A stretch of DNA of 64,000 nucleotides from Camelus dromedarius (taxonomy: Eukaryota): the NCBI RefSeq assembly GCF_036321535.1, contig NC_087436.1, forward strand, positions 36,520,001-36,584,000, given 5' to 3'. Position 1 is the first letter of the stretch; every line of letters begins with the position of its first letter. Below the pieces are notes generated by a model that saw only the letters and a list, made by a program, of their open reading frames with translations, ran no database searches and was not told where the DNA came from. Below are positions 56,115 to 64,000 of this stretch, piece by piece. The position numbers were made by a program, and so were the translations under genes.

Positions 56115-57590
56115 ACAAATAGGCAAAAGTTGGAGGACTCACACTTCCTCACTTCAAAACTTAATACAAAAGTGACAGTAATCAAAACAGTGTGGTACTG
56201 GCATAAAGACAGACACACAGACCAATGAAACAGACTAGAGACCCAGAAATAAATCCTTACATATGTTGTCAAATGATTCTAAAGAAGAGTGCCAACACCA
56301 TTCAATGGGGGAAACAACAGTCTTTTCTATAAATGATGCTGGAAAAACTGGATATCCATATGCAAAAGAATGAAGTTGGACCCTTAGCTAAAAATATATA
56401 TATATAAAAATTAACTTGATATGGATCAAAAACCCAAGTAAAAGAGCTAAACTATAGAACCCTTAGAAGAAAACAGGGGTGAAAAGCTTCATAACACTGG
56501 ATTTGGCAATGATTTCTTACATATGAAACCAAAGGCACAGAAAACAGAGGAAAAAACGGAAAAATTGGACTTATTCAAAATTAAAAACTTCATAAAAGGA
56601 GAAAATATTTGCAAATCATATTATCTGATGAGGAAGTGTTATTTGGAATATATAGCGGATGCCTAAAACCCAAAAGAAAATGAAACAACCCAATTCATGA
56701 GAATTGGACTTGAGTATGACATTTCTCCAAAGAAGATACAAATGGTCAATAAGCACCTGGGGAAAAAAAGAAAAAAAGAAAAAAAAAAAAAGCTCAACAT
56801 CACCAGTAATTAGGGAAAGCAAATCAAAGTCACAATGAGATACCATACCTCACCCATTAGGATGGCTACTATCAACAAATAAATAAATAAATAAAAATAA
56901 AAGGAAAACAGGAAGTTTTGACAACGATGTGGAAAAAGTTAGAATCGTTGTGCACTGTGGGTAGAATGTAAAATGGTGCAGCCATTATGGAACACAATAT
57001 GGTAGTTCTTCAAAAAAATTAAACATAAAATTACCATATGATGCAGCAATTCTACTACTGGGTATAAAACCCAAAAAACTGAAAGCAAGATATAAAGAGA
57101 TAGTTGTACACCCACGCTCATAGCAGCATTATTGACAACAGCCAAAGTTGAAGCAATCCAAAAGTCCATCAACAGAAGAATGGATAAACAAAATGTGGTT
57201 TATGCATACAACAGAATTATTATTCAGCCTTAAAAAGGAAGGAAATTCTGACACAGGCCACAACATGGAGAAATTTTGAGGACATTATGCTAAGTGAAAT
57301 AAGTCAGTCACAAAAAGACACATACTGCATGATTTTACTTATATGAGGTAACCAGAATGGTCAAATTCATACAGACAGAAAGTAGAATGGTAATTGCCAT
57401 GGGCTTGATGAAGGGGTGAATAAGGAATAATTGTTTAATGGGTATAGAATTTCAGCTTTGTAAGATGAATTCTGGATATTGGATGCACAACAAAGTGAAT
57501 GTACTTAACACTATTGTACTATTACTATCAGTACTATTGGATTGTACACTTAAAATGGTTAAGACAGTAAATCTTATTTTTAAACATAGC
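56115..57590 (+). mobile_element. L1MA/MB-type 3' fragment, antisense to ADAD1
   Basis: acagtaatcaaaacagtgtggtactggcataaagacagac (ORF2) followed by 3'UTR gacattatgctaagtgaaataagtcagtcacaaaaagac...acttaaaatggttaag. Confidence 0.9.
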
Positions 57591-59149
57591 ATTATAAGAA
57601 GTTTACATTACTTTCACATTATTAAATGATTTTTTAAGAGGTGCTGAAATAAACTAAGTTTAGAGCCAGATTCATTGTGTCAGACAGTGTTAGATTTTCA
57701 AAACCTATCATAGCATCATTAATCATATTGCCCTTGAAAAAAATCAGGGCAAAAAAGTTTTTATATAGTAAATTTAAAAAAACCATAATTTTTAAAACAC
57801 CATGTACAAAATGTGAAAGAAGATATACATGAAAATTAATTCTGATGAATTTAGAATTTAAAAAAATTTGTAAGTAAGTTTTTAAAATTAAAATTTTACA
57901 TTATGAATGTGGAGGAGACTAGAAAAACAAATGTAAGGTTAACAGCTAAGAAAAAAAAATACTCAACACTTACTTTCCATATCTCTCCACAAGAAAAATA
58001 AATTATTAAACTTGGCTGTCTAAGACAAACATTTTAAATAAGAAAATGTGGCTCATTATAAGTGAAAAGATGACCTTATTATTTCCAGGCTTTATGCCAA
58101 TAAAAAAGTTTTACTAAATAACTTCTAGTCATAATTAAGGCACTACTGGCAATTTTTGAGAAGACGGTGAATATAAAAGTGGCATCAGTGATAACGGGAA
58201 AATGTTACCTTAATTTTCACAAAGAAGGGAAAAGATAAATGTTTGGACACTAAAAATCATTGCTCACACGGCAAAACATCTACTATCCCTAGACAAACAT
58301 TTTGAAAACCCTTAGGGAAAACGCATTTATCACAAGAAGCCAATCATAAGTATCATTTTCTGTTAATTAAATTAGATGCTTGGGAAATTCTGTAGCTCAG
58401 TTTTAACTTGATTTCAACAAAGCATTTTAGTTCCCTGAAGGTAGAGGACAGGGCTTATTTGTTTCTGGATTCCTGGTATTTACCATAGTCTCTGAACTCA
58501 ACACATTCTCAAAACACAGATTTATTGATTCAAATGCACGTTATAGTTGAAAGGAAACTGGGAAAATATTGCTGGGGACATAACTAGGTGGGTTAATAGC
58601 TGATAAAATAATCACATATAAGGAATTTCCATTAATAAACTGCCACCATGTTTAAGACACCAAAAGCATCATACCTAGCTCTAAAAATTTAATAAATCTC
58701 AAAGATAGTGAACAGAAATATGAAAATTAAGAAAATATTTTCCTAAGTACTTATTATAAATCAAAAGTATGACAAACTATTTGAAAACAACAAAAAAGAC
58801 TACATATCAAAACTTATGAGATGTTGCAAAATAAATCATTTTAAACTATTAAATAATGGTTTTAACTAAATAGAAAAATTAAAACATATGAAATAAGAAT
58901 TGAGCTTAAAGAAAATAACCTTAAGTATTACAAAAGAAATAATAAAATAGGTTACAAATTTTACAAATCCAGCAGTAAAATAAATTGATGATTTGAATTT
59001 AAAAAGAATTTACTGCCACTGTTTAAATCAAAGTTAAATGTTTTTCTTCATTAAGTTGCCTCATTTATAGTTAACCAAAATGTAATCTAACATGCAGTCA
59101 ATATTGACAAAAACTGTTTACTATGCTAAGTTTACTATATTCCTCAAAT

Positions 59150-59400
59150 TAATAAATATTTACTAAGAACCACTGCCGTTTGATTATGTTACTCCTCACC
59201 AGGTACTGGTTAAAAGCTCTGCATGCATTATTTATTTAATCCTAATGATAGACATAGGAGGTATCTATCCTTGTCTCCATTTTTCAAGTGATGAAACTTA
59301 GGTTTAGCAGGCAAATAACTTGTCTGTCCAGGGTCAATACTCAATGCTTAGCACTCTAATTCCAGAGTTTACACCCTCAATCTATTTTCTATGCTACCTC
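59150..59400 (-). mobile_element. MIR
   Basis: tttatttaatcct...ccatttttcaagtgatgaaacttagg...aataacttgtc. Confidence 0.55.
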
Positions 59401-59542
59401 AAACCTTTATTTTCTCAAATAAATCCTGCTACTTCTTTGTTGTAGTTGACAAGTAACCCTTCATTAACGTAAATCTTCCAGGTGACTCTTTCTGGAAAAT
59501 GATACATTTTACAAACTCTACTTTATAATCAAGAATATTTAC

Positions 59543-59710
59543 CTGATGTTTCTGAAATTCTTGATTCAGGTTCATCCAATTGTAGAAGCTCATCAAGAGC
59601 TAATTTTGCTGCATTGGATCTAGACTCCTTTTTATTTTGTCCCAGTCCAGTCTTGTACTGAATACCATCCACCACAGCACAAAAAGCAAAATACGGTCCC
59701 ATAACATTAC
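59543..59710 (-). CDS. ADAD1: ADAD1 coding exon 3 (C-terminal half of dsRBM)
   Basis: [56 protein letters not shown](G); KKESRSNAA resembles the dsRBM KKxAxxxAA motif; donor CAG|GTAAAT; 168 nt. Confidence 0.96.
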
Positions 59711-62149
59711 CTTAAAAAATAACTCAGAGTGAATGCTGTAATACTTCACAACATGATCCTGCAAAAGATGTCTGTCACATAGGAAAATATTCCAGTACAA
59801 TTGTAGAAAACTATCGCAGCCTATCAGTTTTCTTATAGGGCCAATACAGTTTAAAAGCAAAGTTGAGTGGGCCCCTAAGCTAGTTCTGAGGAATCCTTCA
59901 AGTTCTGGTCCCAGATTTAGCATGAACAGTAGGGCCAGCTTCAGGGTACATGTCACACATGGAGCAACAGTGTCTTGCATAATGCCTGGCAACGGTAAGC
60001 ATCCAAATATCTATCAAATGACCAATGAGAGGTAAATGTGGAGCCTCTAGCAACGTTTCTCTTCTTTCAAACTTCAATATTGATGAAGTTGAATTTCTCC
60101 TACTCTCTGAGTGCCTCAGTACTGTTATAAGCTCCAGAACAGAAGGAATCCCTGTGAAGAAATCTTATGCTCCTATCAGGGAGTCATGGTAAGCAACTAC
60201 CCATCATAGCCTTAGAGTGGTAGGGGGATTCTCAAGGAAAACCGAAAAATAAGTAATAATAAAAAATATGCTAAAGAATTAAACTGAATGTCCAGTCATC
60301 CAAAATTCTCAGAAAAATTACCTTTATACAATTAATTACATTTACCTTGTCTTCCTATCTGCCTGATGAAACAGTATCATTTATATTAAAAGGCCAAAGA
60401 ATTTCCTGGTTCAAGTTTTACTTGCTGGTATTCAGACTACAGAAGGTCTTTAAGAAACTTAAGTCTCCATTCTGGTTACGTTACGAATGGCTATGTACAA
60501 TGTTACTCCACATAAGCCTCATTATTATTTTATTATCTTATCTTTTCACACATTACATTAACTGCTGGGTTTTCCTCTAAGATGTACACCAAGATTTTAC
60601 AAGCAACTCCAGACTGTATCAGAATAAACTGCTTTCCTTCCAATATCTAGGACCTGTTTTCCAAGTTCCTTCCTTCACGATCAGCTGGGTTCCAAACCAA
60701 ATTTACTAAACCTTAGACTATTTTATACTTTTAACAAATGGCCCAGATGATTCTAATGTGGGAGGTACCGCACATCAAATTTGTTAGTGAGTACTGTGTC
60801 AGAGCCCTTAAGCTCCATTCTATTTATATCTCAGGTTCTCAAACCTTATGATCATCTAAATCCATACTAAAGAGCTTGTTAAATACTGATTCTCTGGTTT
60901 TTCTACCAAACCTACTGAATTAGATTATTCAACTAGTACTATGCACATAAAATGAGCACCATTAACAATCACTGAGTTATATTTTTTAGTAGTTTCTGCT
61001 CAGATCAATGAAGATTTGCCCTAAAATTTTTTTTTTAACTGTGACCAATAGTTTACATTTTCCAAGGGCAGTGGAGAAAAATGGAGGAAAGCAAACTAGT
61101 TATACAGAAATTCAATCCATAGTATTAATCACATGAAGTAATCCAAACTATAGTGACAGGATCTAGGAAAACTCCATCTTCTATATTAAGACCCTATTTT
61201 TGCCACCTGTTAATTTACTGTTATTTCATCCAAAACAACGACTAGAAACTTTGCTTCAGTATGACAATATTTACTAAAAATCTCGAAAGCTTTAAATTCT
61301 TTGCAAAGATACTAACTCTGAGACACCCTACCAGCAAAAGTTAGTATCAGGAAGAGAAAATTAAACAAAACTACCTGATTGTGTGTGTATAAATATACAC
61401 ACAAGTACCCACACTTATATACACATACACAGATTCTTTTTTAAAAGATTGTGCTTTGATTCTCATGCTTTAAGCCTGCCAATGCCTCTTAAGAGCACTT
61501 TATTCTCTTGTCCCTCCACTTTCCAAAAGTTTTTCCACATCACTAGTCATAAAGTGACAAAATCAGAAGCTTCTTCCCATCTTTTACTAATCTGTACTCC
61601 TGCAGCCTTCCACAGACCCAGTATGATAACAGATTCTTCTGGTGGGAGAGCAGTTTAGTAGAGAATGGAGAAAACAGAAAAGTTTGCAGAGAATCAATAA
61701 TGTGCTATTTTCACTTCTAATTTTTAAATTTCAGAAGCCAAATTTGACTATAATTTTTGTCAGGCATCATTATCACAGAATACTCATAAAACAATCATAG
61801 TCCAAATATGTAACATTCACACAAAAGCATGTTTGTGCTACGAGGAGTACTTATTTACACCTGAAAATCTACAACGCTGATAAAATTTCCATTAAACTAG
61901 CCATGTATAATAAGAAAAATTCAGTGATTGTAAAAATTTTGTATAAGTTAAATGTAGAGGCTTAGAAGGCTAAAGAAGTATGAACATAAAAATTTCTTAA
62001 GTATACTTGCAAAAACATACTAGTAGTTATCTAACTCCAATATTAGGTAAATAAGGAAAATAACCAAATTTAGTACTACTTATATACTTTGCTTTTAATA
62101 GGAAAGTTTTTCCCAGTACTGTAACAACCAGATACAAATTTGCACTTGC

Positions 62150-62338
62150 CTGTTGTTACTGTTTCCTTAAGGTCAAGCTGAACCCGCTGCATCTGTGCAA
62201 ACTGGTGCAAGGCTGACACAGGATTTATCTCTCCACGTTTGTATTTCATTATAAATTCCTTAGGTATTTTTTTCGGAGGAAGGACAGGATTTGAAATAGA
62301 TGAAAGGCCTTTGGAAAGCAATGGTTCTGGAAAATTAC
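62150..62338 (-). CDS. ADAD1: ADAD1 coding exon 2 (start of dsRBM)
   Basis: [63 protein letters not shown](G); acceptor ttcttAG, donor AG|GCAAGT (GC type); 189 nt. Confidence 0.95.
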
Positions 62339-63093
62339 CTAAGAATAAATATTTATGCTTGTCAATTTGGTTAAATTAAAAAAAGAAGAAGACAAGCAAA
62401 AGCACTAAACCCTTCCCTAAAACAGATGATTTTTCCAAGACACAATCATATGTGTTTTTCATTAAAAATAAGTTTCCACTGCTAAAGAAGTGTAACCTCT
62501 TACCGGATATATCTTTTGGAGTATTAAGACTGTTTTACAAAGTGCTCTCACTGCCGTATCATAAGGGATATCAAAGAATCATAGAATTTTAGTGAGGCCA
62601 AGGCCTTCAGAGGCTCTCTAAGCCATTTCTACACATGACTTCACTAAGGCCTAGAACGTAAGACAGATTTGGGGCTAGGACCCAGTTTCTGCTTCCTATT
62701 CACTATTTTATATAAACTTTCACGTTGAATTCAATCGGATTTTTAAAGTATGTTTGTCTCTGCTTTACACAACACTATGTTAAGTGATATGTGGAATATA
62801 AACCAGTACAAGTCCAGCTCTGTTCCTTGAAGGGGAAAACACAGCCTCACCTCAAAAAGGCAAGACATGCTGGAAATTGTTTAATCTCATGTGGTAAAGA
62901 ACAATTAAGTGAGCAGCCAGGGGAAGAATTTCCACAGTGTTAGGAGTCAAATTCAAGTTTCAGTCGGTACATGGCCACAGGTAAACGGATATATATCCAG
63001 GAAACATTTAAAGCAGAGGCTCAATAAAACTTACTGGCCATCCCAGAATCTTAAAGAACACAGGCATTATGACAAATGTAAAAGGGTTTGTAC

Positions 63094-63265
63094 CCGTCAC
63101 TTGAGTAACCTTGGATGCCATATTCGACAGGCTGTAACTCTCCGAGGAGTATCCTGCAGGTATAGATACCGTCTGGGCTGATGGCTGAACTGGCAAGTTC
63201 TTTTTCAGCATCTGAGCAAAGCTAGGGACCCGAGAACCCTGAAACCAGTCGTTGTTGCCAGACAT
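63094..63265 (-). CDS. ADAD1: ADAD1 coding exon 1 (ATG at 63265; exon starts at 63273)
   Basis: [28 protein letters not shown]...MASKVTQVT(G); acceptor tttgtAG, donor G|GTACAA; 172 coding nt. Confidence 0.95.
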
Positions 63266-63394
63266 TTTCTCACCTACAAATTATAAGAAAATTGGCAGAA
63301 AACAAACAAACAAACAAAGCCCAAGGTACTAGGTAGAATAAAAATACCCTGAAATAACCACATTCCCATAAACAGCCTTTACATACACACTCAC

Positions 63395-63506
63395 AAGTCA
63401 AAGCTTCTTAACTGACGTCATGACTTCTTTGTGACTGGAGTCTTTCAGGTTTTTTGTTATTATTTTTTTTTTTACAGAACTGTCTCCTAAATCCCTCCCC
63501 ACAGTG
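63395..63506 (-). other. ADAD1: Probable non-coding 5'UTR exon of ADAD1 (a longer form may start at 63560)
   Basis: Polypyrimidine tract and acceptor tcattctttttttctctttgtggtAG before 63506; donor TT|GTGAGT after 63395; leaves a 121-nt intron before the ATG exon. A second pyrimidine tract and TAG precede 63560. Confidence 0.6.
63413..63420. promoter_or_regulatory. Perfect palindromic CRE (TGACGTCA)
   Basis: Exact 8-mer about 150 bp from the ATG; function is inferred. Confidence 0.6.
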
Positions 63507-63529
63507 CTACCACAAAGAGAAAAAAAGAA

Positions 63530-64000
63530 TGACGCGACCTGTGGTGAAGAGCCCTTACACCTACTCGGGGGTCAGGGAAAAAGAAAGAAAAGAAAACAAA
63601 AACATGAGACCCGCAGCGGCCTGTTGGCAGCCTCCCAAGTCCCTCCCCAACTCCCACCCACCAAAATTGTCCTTCTTGCCCTGCTGGCCGGACCCCGCAG
63701 GCTGGTAGTTCTGACTGAGCCGCAGACAGGGCCGCAGGCCTGGGGCTCGCCGGCCTGCCGCTGACGACGACGCCGTTGCTTCTCCCGGATGGCCTCAACC
63801 TCTCTCTTCAGACCGCTTGGCGTGAAAGCCACGCGACCAGCGCTGCGTCTTTCAAAAGCGGTCTCGCGGCCTCGCTGCAGGAGCGGGTCAGACGCGCCTG
63901 CGCCTGCCGCATCCAATCACCAACCGCCTCCGCGGCCCGCGCTCCCACCCCTGCGCATGCGCCAGCGCGTGCCTGCCGCGCTCCACGGCCTGCGTCGTCG
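63530..64000 (-). promoter_or_regulatory. CpG island / ADAD1 promoter and first-exon region (runs off the window edge)
   Basis: Abrupt rise in GC and CpG density just 5' of the ATG exon; NRF1-type TGCGCATGCGC at 63952-63962 and GCGCCTGCGC at 63894-63903; CCAAT at 63913-63917. Confidence 0.85.

Larger units (their letters stand above)
22950..64000 (-). other. ADAD1: ADAD1 gene span (adenosine deaminase domain-containing 1 / TENR); both transcript ends approximate
   Basis: Eleven exons join in frame (172+189+168+69+126+124+171+230+238+133+114=1734 nt). The protein runs [25 protein letters not shown]...[17 protein letters not shown], matching mammalian ADAD1 as I recall it (one dsRBM plus an ADAR-type deaminase-like domain). 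Confidence 0.97.

Noticed and set aside
59600..59992. 130-aa minus-strand ORF overlapping coding exon 3
   Set aside because: It is in a different frame from the ADAD1 exon, mostly intronic, and has no recognisable homology.
2046..61658. Numerous 60-120 aa Phe/Leu/Ile-rich ORFs resembling membrane peptides
   Set aside because: Most are antisense readings of A-rich L1 sequence or chance ORFs in AT-rich introns.
63454..63916. Overlapping 84-114 aa ORFs in the CpG island
   Set aside because: Expected in GC-rich, stop-poor DNA; low-complexity translations with no recognisable domain; several begin at non-ATG codons.

Overview
This is AT-rich mammalian genomic DNA, not prokaryotic. It contains the complete coding region of ADAD1 (TENR, the testis-specific ADAR-like protein) on the minus strand. 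Eleven coding exons run from the ATG at 63265 to the TGA ending at 23122 and splice in frame to 1734 nt (577 aa plus stop). A CpG-island promoter lies at the right edge, with a probable 5'UTR exon next to it. The rest is intron and downstream intergenic sequence dominated by LINE-1 of several ages, plus ERVL-MaLR/MLT, MIR, L2 and Tigger relics. The young L1 3' ends and the absence of any young SINE I recognise (Alu, Bov-tA/BovB, PRE-1, Can-SINE) suggest a camelid; this is inference. I found no new enzymatic system. The best leads are a GC-AG intron, a 5'UTR exon carrying a perfect CRE that overlaps a uORF, two ~135-bp L1-tail insertions with near-identical 5' ends, an apparently polyadenylated L1 5'UTR-only insertion, a 54-bp local templated copy, and inverted L1 tails flanking an exon of this dsRNA-binding-protein gene. 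Exon and TSD coordinates were read base by base; repeat boundaries and family names are by-eye estimates.
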